A stretch of DNA of 64,000 bases from a virus (IMGVR_UViG_3300046820_000975:47925-111924), one strand, 5' to 3'; shown: positions 1 to 9,911, counted from the first letter of the stretch. Numbers and translations are program-made. The notes: a model not told the origin generated them from the letters alone.

Positions 1-1488
1 GTTGTTATTGGTACAGCGTTAGATAAAGATCCAACAAATGGTGTCGGTGGTCCTTGTTCTATCTTCTTTCATGAGGAAGCAGGTATTGCTCATCAAATGG
101 GTACAACACTAGAGTATTTGCTACCTGCCATGAAATCTGGTATGATCTATACAGGTATGTTTATTGCAGCAGGATCTGTGGGTGATTTGGAACAATGTGA
201 ACCTTTGAAAGATCTTATACTAAATCCTGACGCAAAAGATGTACTTAAAGTAAGTACAGATCTGTTAGATGATCAGGGTCAAATAGGAGAATGTGGATTG
301 TTTATACCTGAGCAATGGAGCATGTTACCATGTATAGACAACTTTGGTAACAGTCTTGTTGAGAAAGCAAAAGAATTAATTCTGGCAGAACGTATTGAGT
401 GGAAACAGAAACTAAGAGCTGATGAATATCAGTTACGTGTTTCTCAGAAACCTATGTATATCTCAGAAGCTTTCAGTTCAAGAAAAGCCAGTGTGTTTCC
501 TATGCACTTGGTAACCAAGCAGTTACGCAGAATTGAGGACAAAGAATACTTTACAGAACATCTTGAATTATCACGCGATGACGCAGGTAAAGTAGTAGCT
601 AAAGAATCACGTAAGCTACCTATCAGAGAGTTTCCTATATCTCCAAAGACACAAGACAAGGAGGGCGTGTTATGCGTTTACGAAAGACCTGCAAAAGATC
701 CTGCGTTTGGAACTTATTATGCAAGTATTGACCCTGTATCTGAAGGTAAAACAACAACATCAGATTCATTGTGTTCTATATATGTTTACAAAACTAGCTT
801 AGAAGTAACAAAGCATAAAGCTGATGGTACAATAGAACAGTCAATTGAAAGAGACAAAATTGTAGCTTCTTGGTGTGGACGTTTTGACGATCTTAATAAA
901 ACGCATGAACGTCTGGAAATGATTATTGAGTGGTATAATGCTTGGACAATTGTGGAAAATAACGTTTCTTTGTTTATCCAGTACATGATATCACGCAGAA
1001 AACAAAAGTATTTGGTACCAAAAAGCCAGATTATGTTCCTTAAAGAACTAGGTTCTAACTCCAATGTATACCAAGAGTATGGTTGGAGAAACGTAGGTAA
1101 CATCTTTAAAGGAAACTTGATATCTTATGCTGTGCAGTTTTTGGAAGAAGAGATACACCATGAAACTAAAACTGATGGGGAGATTGTTAAAACTACCTAT
1201 GGTATTGAGCGTATCCCAGATATCATGTTATTAAAAGAAATGCAAGCTTACAGAGATGGATTGAACGTGGATAGACTAGTAAGTTTTTGCGCATTGGTGG
1301 CATTTGCAAGGGTTCAAGAGTCAAACAGAGGATATTCACGTCGTGTTGAACGAGAAGACACCAGTAATTTGGATAACTTGTCTAAAAGAGGTATATTAAG
1401 TATGAACCCCCACCATAATAACAGAAGGGGGCAAACAACTGTTTCACCATACCACAAACCTCGCAATCCATTTAGAAACCTACGTTAG
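1..1488 (+). CDS. terL: Terminase large subunit (5'-truncated at window edge)
   Basis: Frame 1 is open from base 1 (VVIGTALDKDPTNGVGGPCSIFFHEEAG, a Walker B-like FFHEEAG), so the gene starts upstream of the window. C-terminal RNase H-like nuclease motifs YYASIDPV, IVENN and NVDRLV. Lies directly upstream of the portal. Confidence 0.93.
   Translation, partial: VVIGTALDKDPTNGVGGPCSIFFHEEAGIAHQMGTTLEYLLPAMKSGMIYTGMFIAAGSVGDLEQCEPLKDLILNPDAKDVLKVSTDLLDDQGQIGECGLFIPEQWSMLPCIDNFGNSLVEKAKELILAERIEWKQKLRADEYQLRVSQKPMYISEAFSSRKASVFPMHLVTKQLRRIEDKEYFTEHLELSRDDAGKVVAKESRKLPIREFPISPKTQDKEGVLCVYERPAKDPAFGTYYASIDPVSEGKTTTSDSLCSIYVYKTSLEVTKHKADGTIEQSIERDKIVASWCGRFDDLNKTHERLEMIIEWYNAWTIVENNVSLFIQYMISRRKQKYLVPKSQIMFLKELGSNSNVYQEYGWRNVGNIFKGNLISYAVQFLEEEIHHETKTDGEIVKTTYGIERIPDIMLLKEMQAYRDGLNVDRLVSFCALVAFARVQESNRGYSRRVEREDTSNLDNLSKRGILSMNPHHNNRRGQTTVSPYHKPRNPFRNLR
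1368..1405 (+). promoter_or_regulatory. Putative promoter for portal, inside the terL 3' end
   Basis: TTTG(1368-1371)-N20-TATATTAAGTATGA; same motif as at 4317 and 9897. Confidence 0.5.
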
Positions 1489-1513
1489 GTAAATCACACA
1501 ATATTATAAGAAT

Positions 1514-4246
1514 ATGGCACTAGTATATAATGCAATGCAGTTAAAGAATGGGGCGAAAGCAGAGTACAACCGTATGGGTACTTTGACTCAACCTGTTCAA
1601 TTTTTGCCACGTGATGAAAAAAGTGATTCATGGGGTGGATGGAACATGGACTGGTTAGAGATGCAAGGTCTCAAACAGTTAAGACGTAATGCACGCAGAT
1701 TGTTAAAGAACTATAAATTAGCAAATGGTGTTATTGACAGAACTGACTACATTATTGAAGAAGATAATGAAATGGCAGATCTTATTGAAACCTTGACTAA
1801 AGAAGATCAAAGTGCGTTTGAATTAAAGTTTTTCCCAATTGTACCAAACGTATTAAATGTATTAACAGGAGAATTTGCTAAACGCAATGATCGCATTATT
1901 TATCGCGCTGTTGATGAAACGAGCTTCAATGAATTGTTGGAAGCAAAACGTACTATGTTGGAAGAATCGCTTGTTGCACTTGGTGAACAAAGGATGCAAG
2001 AAAACATTCAAAAGATGGGCCTTAATCCTCAAGATCAACAACAAGCACAACAGATTCAACAAATGATGTCTCCTGAGAGCATCAAGAGTTTACCAGAAAT
2101 TGAAGAGTTTTTTAAAAAGGACTATCGTTCTTTGGTAGAAGAATGGGCAACTCACCAACACAAAGTTGATGAGGAGCGCTTTTATATGAAAGAATTAGAG
2201 AATCTTGCATTCAGAGATATGCTTATTACAGATCGTGAGTTCTGGCATTTCAAGATGAATGAGGATGACTATGATATTGAGATTTGGAATCCAGTATTAA
2301 CATTCTACCACAAATCTCCTGATGCACGTTACATTTCACAATCTAACTGGGCAGGACGTATGGATCTTTTAACGTTATCTGACGTTATTGATAAGTATGG
2401 TTGGATGATGTCTGATGATCAGTTAAAGTCTTTGGAAGCTATTTATCCTGTAAAATCTGCAGGTTATATGATTCCAGGTGTACAGAATGATGGTAGTTAC
2501 TATGATCCTACACGTTCACATGAGTGGAACGTACAAGGACCATCATTAGGTATGCGTCAGTTCCTTAGCGCACGTGATACATTTGTTAATACAGGTGATG
2601 ATATTATCTTCCGCATTCTTAATGAATCAGAAGACTTGCAAGATTTAAGTAATTTGAATTTGCTACGTGTAACTACTTGTTATTGGAAGAGCCAACGTAT
2701 GGTTGGTCATCTAACTAAAGTAGATGAGGAAGGTATGTTGGAAGATATGATTGTAGATGAGAACTACAAAGTAACAGTTAAACCAATATATGACACGTCT
2801 GTGTTTAAAAAGAAATCACGTGAAACATTAGTTTCTGGTGAGCACATTGATTGGATCTGGATTAATGAAGTTTGGGGTGGTGTCAAAATTGGACCAAACA
2901 GACCAAGTTTCTATGGTAACGTTGATAACATGGGATTCTCTCCTATCTATTTAAATGTTAAACCAGTTAAGTTCCAGTTCAAAGGTGACTTTACTTTATA
3001 TGGTTGTAAGCTTCCAATTGAAGGTGCTGTATTCTCTGATCGTAATACAAAGAGTACATCATTAGTAGATAAGATGAAACCTTACCAGATTGGCTATAAT
3101 CTAGTTAATAACCAGATTGCTGATATCTTGGTAGATGAATTAGGTACTGTAATTGTACTTGATCAAAATGCATTACCACGTCACTCAATGGGTGAAGACT
3201 GGGGTAAGAACAATTTCTCAAAAGCATTTGTGGCAATGAAGAATTTCCAGATGCTTCCTTTAGATACTACAATTGCTAATACTGAAAGCGCTACTAACTT
3301 CCAACATTATCAAGTGTTGAACTTAGATCAAACTAATCGTTTGATGACACGTATTCAGTTATCTAACTACTTTAAGAGTCAGTGTTTTGAAGCTATTGGT
3401 GTTAATCCTCAACGTATGGGTACACCTATTTCACAGCAAACTGCTACTGGTGTAGAACAAGCAATGAACGCTTCTTACTCACAAACTGAGATGTACTTTG
3501 TACAACACTCAGAATACTTAATGCCACGTGTACACCAAATGCGTACAGACTTGGCACAGTACTATAACTCTAACAGACCATCTTTACGTTTACAATACGT
3601 AACTAGCTTGGATGAAAAAGTTAATTTCCAAATCAATGGTACTGAGTTACTTGCACGTGATTTAAATGTATTTGCTACAACACGTGTTAGTCAGCGTCAA
3701 GTTATGGAACAAATACGTCAACTTGCATTAAATAACAATACTGCAGGTGCTTCTATTTATGATTTGGGTAATATCATCAAAGCTGATTCATTAGCTGAGA
3801 TTACACATGTTATGAAGGGTATTGAAGAGAAGAATACAAATGCTAAGCAGCAAGAACAACAAGCAATGCAAGAGACTGAGAAAATGAAGCAAGAAGCAGA
3901 AAATCAACGTCAAGAAGCAATGCTTAAATTCCAAGCTGAACAAAAAGCATTGGATCGTGCAAATGATATCCAAGTTGCTGAAGTACGTTCTGCTGGTTAC
4001 ACTGCTATGCAAGACATGAACAAAGACAACCAATCAGATTATATTAACACACTTGAATACTTGGATAAGAAGCGCGCACGTGAAACAGATCAAGCTTTAT
4101 CACGTGACGCAGCTTTAACAAAACAAGCGTCTGAGCAACAAAAACTTGATTTGAAACGTCAAGAAATTGCATCACGCGAAAGAATTGCAGACAAGCAAGT
4201 TCAAGTTGCACGTGTGAACAAGAACAAGTACGACAAAAAAGATTAA
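1514..4246 (+). CDS. Portal protein (crAss-like)
   Basis: 910 aa, between terL and the capsid genes. FFPIVPNVLNVLTGE and SLVDKMKPYQIGYN segments, QTATGVEQA motif, long C-terminal coiled coil (barrel). Confidence 0.9.
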   Translation: MALVYNAMQLKNGAKAEYNRMGTLTQPVQFLPRDEKSDSWGGWNMDWLEMQGLKQLRRNARRLLKNYKLANGVIDRTDYIIEEDNEMADLIETLTKEDQSAFELKFFPIVPNVLNVLTGEFAKRNDRIIYRAVDETSFNELLEAKRTMLEESLVALGEQRMQENIQKMGLNPQDQQQAQQIQQMMSPESIKSLPEIEEFFKKDYRSLVEEWATHQHKVDEERFYMKELENLAFRDMLITDREFWHFKMNEDDYDIEIWNPVLTFYHKSPDARYISQSNWAGRMDLLTLSDVIDKYGWMMSDDQLKSLEAIYPVKSAGYMIPGVQNDGSYYDPTRSHEWNVQGPSLGMRQFLSARDTFVNTGDDIIFRILNESEDLQDLSNLNLLRVTTCYWKSQRMVGHLTKVDEEGMLEDMIVDENYKVTVKPIYDTSVFKKKSRETLVSGEHIDWIWINEVWGGVKIGPNRPSFYGNVDNMGFSPIYLNVKPVKFQFKGDFTLYGCKLPIEGAVFSDRNTKSTSLVDKMKPYQIGYNLVNNQIADILVDELGTVIVLDQNALPRHSMGEDWGKNNFSKAFVAMKNFQMLPLDTTIANTESATNFQHYQVLNLDQTNRLMTRIQLSNYFKSQCFEAIGVNPQRMGTPISQQTATGVEQAMNASYSQTEMYFVQHSEYLMPRVHQMRTDLAQYYNSNRPSLRLQYVTSLDEKVNFQINGTELLARDLNVFATTRVSQRQVMEQIRQLALNNNTAGASIYDLGNIIKADSLAEITHVMKGIEEKNTNAKQQEQQAMQETEKMKQEAENQRQEAMLKFQAEQKALDRANDIQVAEVRSAGYTAMQDMNKDNQSDYINTLEYLDKKRARETDQALSRDAALTKQASEQQKLDLKRQEIASRERIADKQVQVARVNKNKYDKKD

Positions 4247-4295
4247 CAAGATAGCGTTATAGTGCATATTTAATACACTTTACCTTTCTAAAATG

Positions 4296-4331
4296 TAAAT
4301 CTTTCAAGTTTATCTTGTAGATTGTATATGA
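4296..4331 (+). promoter_or_regulatory. 17-bp palindromic operator-like site plus promoter-like motif upstream of scaffold/MCP
   Basis: TAAATCT-TTC-AAGTTTA (4296-4312) followed by GTAGATTGTATATGA (4317-4331). Confidence 0.55.
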
Positions 4332-4355
4332 AGATAAATTTAAACCAACTATCTT

Positions 4356-5597
4356 ATGAGTATTGAAAACAAAAACACTACAGTTGATAGTGTTACAATT
4401 GACAGCATTGATGACTTTTTACCTATGCCAGGTGCTGAATCAATAGTAACACCAGAAGGTGGTGAAGAAGAAAAACCAGGAATTTTTTCAGCTCCTGGAA
4501 AAACAGTTGACATGGGATTCCTTGAATCTGATAAAGATGATGAGGAAAAAGAACCAACAGCAACTGAGAAAAAAGCTGAAACAGCACAAGCATTAGCTGC
4601 TTTAGATTCAGAACTTGAAGCTGCTGCAGAAGATGAAGAAGCTGGAAAACCTGGACGTAAGCGCTTAGACAAAAGTGGTCTAGTAGATACATTCAGTAAA
4701 CTCATCGAAGAAGGAATGATTGTTCCTTTTGAAGATGAAAAACCTTTGGAAGAGTATTCTATTAAAGATTGGAAAGAGTTGCTTCAAGCAAATTTTGAAG
4801 AACGCGAAAGATCAATTAGAGAACAAACTCCAAAAGAGTTCTTTGAATCTTTACCTCAAGAGTTACAGTATGCAGCTGAGTATGTTGCACGCGGTGGACA
4901 AGACATGAAAGGTCTTTTCCAAGCTTTAGCTCAAGTAGAAGAAGTACGTAACTTAGATGTCAATGAACCTGGACATCAAGAAATCATTGTACGTCAATAC
5001 TTACAAGCAACTAACTATGGTAATGGAGATGCAGATCTTATTGAAGATCAAATTACTGAGTGGATGGAAATGGGTACACTAAGTAAAAAAGCACTTCAGT
5101 TTAAACCAAAGTTAGATCAAAAGCAAGAAGAAATTGTTCAATATAAACTTGCACAACAAGAAGCTTTCCGTCAACAACAAGAAGAACAAAAACGTGCCTA
5201 CATGGACAACATTTATCACACCTTGAAACCAGGTGATTTAAATGGTGTTAAGTTGGATGGCAAACGTCAGAAGTTCTTATGGGATGAATTAACTACTGTA
5301 AAGTATGCTTCAATGACAGGACGTCCAACTAACTTGTTGGGTAAATTGTTAGAAGAGCATCAGTTTGGTAAAACTCCTCGTTATGACTTGATTGCAGAAA
5401 CACTTTGGTTATTATCTGATCCAGATGATTATAAAGAAAACATTCGCAAGCAAGTTAAATCTGAAGTTACACAGGATACAGTACGTAAACTAAAAACTGA
5501 AGAAGCACGCAAAATTGCTAGTTCTAATAAAGACGAAGAGGATGAAAAGCCAATCTCACGTAAGATTCCACGTCCTGCAAACATTTTTAAACGTTAA
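4356..5597 (+). CDS. Conserved crAss-like head morphogenesis protein, probable scaffolding protein
   Basis: 413 aa; acidic low-complexity N-terminus, helical body, basic C-terminal tail; immediately upstream of the MCP. Confidence 0.6.
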   Translation: MSIENKNTTVDSVTIDSIDDFLPMPGAESIVTPEGGEEEKPGIFSAPGKTVDMGFLESDKDDEEKEPTATEKKAETAQALAALDSELEAAAEDEEAGKPGRKRLDKSGLVDTFSKLIEEGMIVPFEDEKPLEEYSIKDWKELLQANFEERERSIREQTPKEFFESLPQELQYAAEYVARGGQDMKGLFQALAQVEEVRNLDVNEPGHQEIIVRQYLQATNYGNGDADLIEDQITEWMEMGTLSKKALQFKPKLDQKQEEIVQYKLAQQEAFRQQQEEQKRAYMDNIYHTLKPGDLNGVKLDGKRQKFLWDELTTVKYASMTGRPTNLLGKLLEEHQFGKTPRYDLIAETLWLLSDPDDYKENIRKQVKSEVTQDTVRKLKTEEARKIASSNKDEEDEKPISRKIPRPANIFKR

Positions 5598-5628
5598 CCT
5601 TAAACAATAAACAAAATAAACAATTACT

Positions 5629-7275
5629 ATGTCAACACCTGTTTTAAACAACGGACTGTTCCTACGCGATACTAACTACAAGGTTAGTTCCCATGTGGAC
5701 AGCTACCACTTGGTGAACATGCTAAAGAACACTGAACCTATGGATTTAGGTCCAGTTGATCTTTGGGCAATGACCCAAAAGGTAGAAATGCCTCTTTATC
5801 AGATGGCATCATTTGGTGGTAAAAACACCATTTTAGTAGACAACGCTCGTGGCGAGTACAAATGGCAAACTCCTATCGTACAGGATTTACCTTACATCGT
5901 TGAAGACGTTGAACCTACAAACACTACACTTGGTATTGATGGTACTACCTTCAAAATCAAATTAAACAAGCGTGCTTTTGGTCACGGTGATATCATCACT
6001 TATGACAAGTACAAGGGATTGGAAATGTACATCGTTGCTGATGACATTCTTCCTGGCGCTGATGGATTTATCTACACTGTTCAGTTGGTTAACAACAACA
6101 GTACTGCTTCTTTGGATAAGAAGTATTTGAAACCTGGTACTAAGTTCTTCCGTAAAGGTTCTGCTCGTGGTGAATACGGTGAGCGTTTCTCTGACATTGG
6201 AGAATTGAACGCTGGTTTCCGTGAGTACTACAACTTTGTTGGTGGTGCTGAAGCTCACGTTCACTATTCAGTATCTTCTCGTGCAGAGTTGATGATGAAA
6301 GGTGGTTTGAATGCTGATGGTACAGTTCCTGTAACTGAGATCTGGCGTTCATTTGACTCAAATCTTGCTAACGATCCTTCATTGACTAACATTGATGCGA
6401 TGGTTAACAAAATGGGTAAAGACTACATCAAGAAAGCTTATGACAATGGTACATTGACTCGTACGTTCTTGACAAAGATGGAAGCTGCTCACTTGAGCAA
6501 AGTTGCTAATGACATCGAAACTTACTTAATGTGGGGACAAGGTGGAAAGATTAAGCAAGATGGTCCAGATGATATCCGCTTGTCAGTGGGTCTTTGGGGT
6601 CAATTGGATAACTCTTTCAAACGTGTTTACAATAAGTCTGGTTTCAGTCTTGAGTTGTTCCGTTCTGAGATCTTCAACTTCTACAATGGTAAGGTTGAAT
6701 TAAAAGGACCAGATCCTCAACGTCAGATCATTGTACAAACTGGTATGGCTGGTATGCGTTTGATCAACGAAGCAATCAAGAAGGAAGCTTTCACAGCTAA
6801 CTTAGGTGGTGGTCTTATCGCAAACATGGATAAATCAGGTGTTGGTGCTATTTCTGGTAACAACTCTATGGATTTGAACTTTGGTTTTGCGTTCACTAGC
6901 TACACAATTCCATTCTTAGCTAACGTTAAGTTTGTATTGAACCCAGCTTTTGATAACGTTCATACCAACGATATTGAGAATCCAATCATTGATGGATATC
7001 CATTAAGCTCTTACAACTTCATCGTGTTTGATATCACTGATAACACAAATGACAACATTTACTTGTTGAAATTGAAGTGGGATAGCGAAATGAGATGGTT
7101 CTACCAAAACGGTACTATGGATTACATGGGACGTACGCAAGGTTTCGCTTCTAGTGGAAACTTCAACGGATACCGCGTATTCATGACACAAACAATGCCT
7201 TCTATCTGGGTTAAAGATCCAACGAAAGTATTGAAGATCGTTATGCGTAACCCAATCACTGGTGGTTCATTCTAA
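5629..7275 (+). CDS. Major capsid protein (HK97 fold, crAss-like)
   Basis: 548 aa; strongly biased codon usage typical of a highly expressed gene (ttc, aac, atc, cgt); EYKW, YLMWG, VQTGMAG and NPAFD segments; synteny. Confidence 0.9.
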   Translation: MSTPVLNNGLFLRDTNYKVSSHVDSYHLVNMLKNTEPMDLGPVDLWAMTQKVEMPLYQMASFGGKNTILVDNARGEYKWQTPIVQDLPYIVEDVEPTNTTLGIDGTTFKIKLNKRAFGHGDIITYDKYKGLEMYIVADDILPGADGFIYTVQLVNNNSTASLDKKYLKPGTKFFRKGSARGEYGERFSDIGELNAGFREYYNFVGGAEAHVHYSVSSRAELMMKGGLNADGTVPVTEIWRSFDSNLANDPSLTNIDAMVNKMGKDYIKKAYDNGTLTRTFLTKMEAAHLSKVANDIETYLMWGQGGKIKQDGPDDIRLSVGLWGQLDNSFKRVYNKSGFSLELFRSEIFNFYNGKVELKGPDPQRQIIVQTGMAGMRLINEAIKKEAFTANLGGGLIANMDKSGVGAISGNNSMDLNFGFAFTSYTIPFLANVKFVLNPAFDNVHTNDIENPIIDGYPLSSYNFIVFDITDNTNDNIYLLKLKWDSEMRWFYQNGTMDYMGRTQGFASSGNFNGYRVFMTQTMPSIWVKDPTKVLKIVMRNPITGGSF

Positions 7276-7280
7276 CTAAT

Positions 7281-7448
7281 TGTGTATCTTTGGGGAGATA
7301 ATCTTCTCCCCATTGACTACACATAACAATACTCCACCTCCCGTCAGTACTACTGACTTTTCTTTTCTGCCTGGCGAAATCCAGGCAACTCCTGTAAGCA
7401 ACACCTTGACGTGGTTCAGGAGCTTAGGCGCAAGCTGACCAACGTTGC
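7281..7448 (+). ncRNA. Candidate structured RNA (multi-hairpin) between MCP and the next gene
   Basis: GC-rich island with consecutive inverted repeats: 7291-7312, 7343-7357, 7368-7387, 7389-7422 and a GCAA-loop stem at about 7427-7436. Confidence 0.5.
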
Positions 7449-7483
7449 AAAAATTTAAAAACCCACAAACCAACAATCTCCGT

Positions 7484-8497
7484 ATGGAAGTAACAATGAT
7501 TGAGAAGCACAATTCTCTAAAAAGAAATGCTAGTATTAGCATTCGCCCTTATGTAGACAATACCTATGCAAACATGGGATTGGAACGCTACAACATGACG
7601 CTCTTTGAAGGATGTTTTCACGAAGAACCACTTATGTGTCTTGAAAACAATGGTATCAGACGTTACGTTACAGGTCTTAATGAGTTCGCACCAGAACTTA
7701 AAGATTTGGATAATGATGAAAGAGAAGCTGCAATTAAGCAGATACGTATTACAGTTGCGCAATTAGAAAAAGAATTAGCGTCAAATGTGATTGATCCAAA
7801 TGATAATGAGTTTTGGAATAAAGTTAAATTGCTACGTCCTGACAATGCAGAATTCTGGGAAAAGATTGTTTTGCGTTTAGGTAATGATCCTGTGTTTTTG
7901 GATCCTGCTAAAGATCCTTATGATCTTATCAAGATGAAAGCAATTGAAGCAGGTGGATTTTCTATGATTGCGAAATCAATGGAAGAGGCACGCAGAATTA
8001 CTGGTTCTAAATTCTATTTAGATAAGTTTGAAGAAACTGCTCAAATTCGTACTGAAGTTAAGAAGTTGCGTAACAAAGCTCTTGCAGAATTGCAGAAGTT
8101 GTTTGATAAAAATCAAAACAAGTTATTCTACGTTTGTAAGATTGTTGATCCAAATTCAACACAGTATCGTAAAACTACACCATCAGATATCATGTATGAT
8201 AACATGGATAAATATATCAATGGTGAAGGAGTAGATAAGGATAAAAAGAAAACAGCACAACGTTTCTTAGATGTTGCAAATCTAGACATGGAAACATTAA
8301 AGATGCGCGCAATCGTAAAAGATGCAAACTTCTACAAGTTAATTGCAACACGTGGTGATGGTTTTATTTATCACATGAAGAGTGCTACAATGGTAGGTAA
8401 AAACCCATCAGATGTAGTAGAGTATTTGAAAAATCCACTTAATGAGGAGATCTTAATGGATCTTACAAAGAATGTGGAGAAAATGTGGAACCAATAA
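7484..8497 (+). CDS. Conserved crAss-like protein downstream of MCP (function unknown)
   Basis: ATG at 7484 is preferred over the TTG at 7445 because it follows the AAACCAACAA leader. RYVTGLNEFAP and FW motifs; synteny. Confidence 0.7.
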   Translation: MEVTMIEKHNSLKRNASISIRPYVDNTYANMGLERYNMTLFEGCFHEEPLMCLENNGIRRYVTGLNEFAPELKDLDNDEREAAIKQIRITVAQLEKELASNVIDPNDNEFWNKVKLLRPDNAEFWEKIVLRLGNDPVFLDPAKDPYDLIKMKAIEAGGFSMIAKSMEEARRITGSKFYLDKFEETAQIRTEVKKLRNKALAELQKLFDKNQNKLFYVCKIVDPNSTQYRKTTPSDIMYDNMDKYINGEGVDKDKKKTAQRFLDVANLDMETLKMRAIVKDANFYKLIATRGDGFIYHMKSATMVGKNPSDVVEYLKNPLNEEILMDLTKNVEKMWNQ

Positions 8498-8556
8498 AAT
8501 TATACCTGAGCGGGTATAATTTGATTAGAAATACTTAAATTATACCCTAACGGGTA
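8497..8556. repeat. Two tandem palindromic elements AAATTATACC-N6-GGTA
   Basis: AAATTATACC-TGAGCG-GGTATAATTT (8497-8522, 10-bp perfect arms) and AAATTATACCC-TAAC-GGGTA (8537-8556), 40 bp apart. Confidence 0.8.
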
Positions 8557-8563
8557 CACGCAT

Positions 8564-9262
8564 ATGAACAACAACCTATTACAAATCAAGTTTAAAGAAC
8601 GCTTAAACAAATTAGCGTCTTTGGATTATGACAACATTGAATGTTGGCAGATTACTGAAGCTTTCAATAAAGCTCAGCTAGAATGGGTACGTCGTCAAGT
8701 TAATGGTATTAACCAGTCAAAAGCAGGTGATGAATCAACAGACATGAAGATTGATGATTTGCAAATACTTCTGAAATCAGATATATTGACAACTGCTAAA
8801 TACCCAACTTACAATGAGACTGAGTTTTTACCAGCTGATTATTTATACTTTAAACGTATAGGTGCAGAAGCAAAAACTGAATGTTGTCCTAATCGTGCAG
8901 TAATTGCTTATTTAGCTGCTGAAGCAGACGTAGACAATTTATTAGCTGATGTATTACGTGGTCCAAGTGCTGAATGGGGTGAAACATTTGCTACATTTAT
9001 AGGCAACAGAGTACGTATTTACACAAATGGTAAGTTTGATATTGAAAATGCTAAGTTAACTTATTATCGCAAACCACGTCCAATCAGCTTTTATGGTTGT
9101 ATGGATATTGCTACAAACACATTATCAGCAAATGTTGAGTGTGAATTTAAAGATGATATAGTTGAGTTAATTATTGATGATGCTGTAAGTATTATTGCTG
9201 GTGATATTGAAAGTTCTAACCAGTATTCACGTAACAAAACAAATTCAAATCTTAATACATAA
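8564..9262 (+). CDS. Tail ring / head-tail adaptor protein (crAss-like)
   Basis: 232 aa; FNKAQ, YYRKP and EF..DIVELIID.AV pattern typical of podophage ring/tube adaptor proteins; synteny. Confidence 0.65.
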   Translation: MNNNLLQIKFKERLNKLASLDYDNIECWQITEAFNKAQLEWVRRQVNGINQSKAGDESTDMKIDDLQILLKSDILTTAKYPTYNETEFLPADYLYFKRIGAEAKTECCPNRAVIAYLAAEADVDNLLADVLRGPSAEWGETFATFIGNRVRIYTNGKFDIENAKLTYYRKPRPISFYGCMDIATNTLSANVECEFKDDIVELIIDDAVSIIAGDIESSNQYSRNKTNSNLNT

Positions 9263-9858
9263 TGGAACAGTCAAGCAATGGCAATATGCTAAAACGTACA
9301 TTAGCGACTCCTGTTAAAAGCACTGCACCAACAGTTGCTCCTGGAGTTAAAGCACCATCAATAAAAGGTAAAAACATTTTATTATCTGATGAGTGCGTAT
9401 CTTATCTTAACTATCGCATTGAACAAGAAGAGTATTCTTCAAGAATATATCTTGCAATGTCTATGTGGTTAAACAACAATGGTTACACTAATGCTGCTGC
9501 ATTGTGGAAAAAATATTCAAATGAAGAATTAGCACATGCTGATTGGGCGCGTGAATATTTGTTAGCAATGGGTGTACAACCAATGACTCCAAGATTGGAT
9601 GCTCCAATTCAAGAGTTTTCTGGTTTACCACAAATCATCCATGATTCTTACGATCATGAGATTGTTGTAACTAAACAAGTTAAAGATCTAGCTACTGATG
9701 CTTTTAAGAAAGGTGATCACATGTTATATGAGTTAACCTTGAAATACTTGAAAGAACAAGTAGAAGAGCATGACAAAATGCAGAACTGGGTTGATCAATT
9801 AAATGCTTTTGGTACTGACAAAGTAGCATTACGTTTACTTGACAATGAAATGGGATAA
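9262..9858 (+). CDS. ftnA: Ferritin (non-haem, FtnA-like) with N-terminal extension
   Basis: Ferroxidase ligands intact: EEYSSRIY, NEELAH, DHE, KEQVEE; four-helix-bundle spacing. TAATG overlap with the upstream gene. Confidence 0.85.
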   Translation: MEQSSNGNMLKRTLATPVKSTAPTVAPGVKAPSIKGKNILLSDECVSYLNYRIEQEEYSSRIYLAMSMWLNNNGYTNAAALWKKYSNEELAHADWAREYLLAMGVQPMTPRLDAPIQEFSGLPQIIHDSYDHEIVVTKQVKDLATDAFKKGDHMLYELTLKYLKEQVEEHDKMQNWVDQLNAFGTDKVALRLLDNEMG

Positions 9859-9868
9859 TAATTTTTAG

Positions 9869-9911
9869 TAAATCTTTGAAGTTTAAAAACAGAATTGTAT
9901 ATTATATATGA
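9869..9911 (+). promoter_or_regulatory. Operator-like palindrome overlapping a promoter-like motif
   Basis: TAAATCT-TTG-AAGTTTA (9869-9885) contains TTTG; 19-nt spacer to TATATTATATATGA. Confidence 0.6.

Noticed and set aside
7385-7462. Resemblance to preQ1-I (ACGUGGUUC...A-rich tail), c-di-GMP riboswitch, or twister/pistol ribozymes
   Set aside because: Only fragments match; loop lengths and core nucleotides do not fit. Kept as an unclassified structured RNA.
7445-7483. TTG start for the 350-aa ORF
   Set aside because: The extension overlaps the structured RNA and the leader; the ATG at 7484 is better supported.
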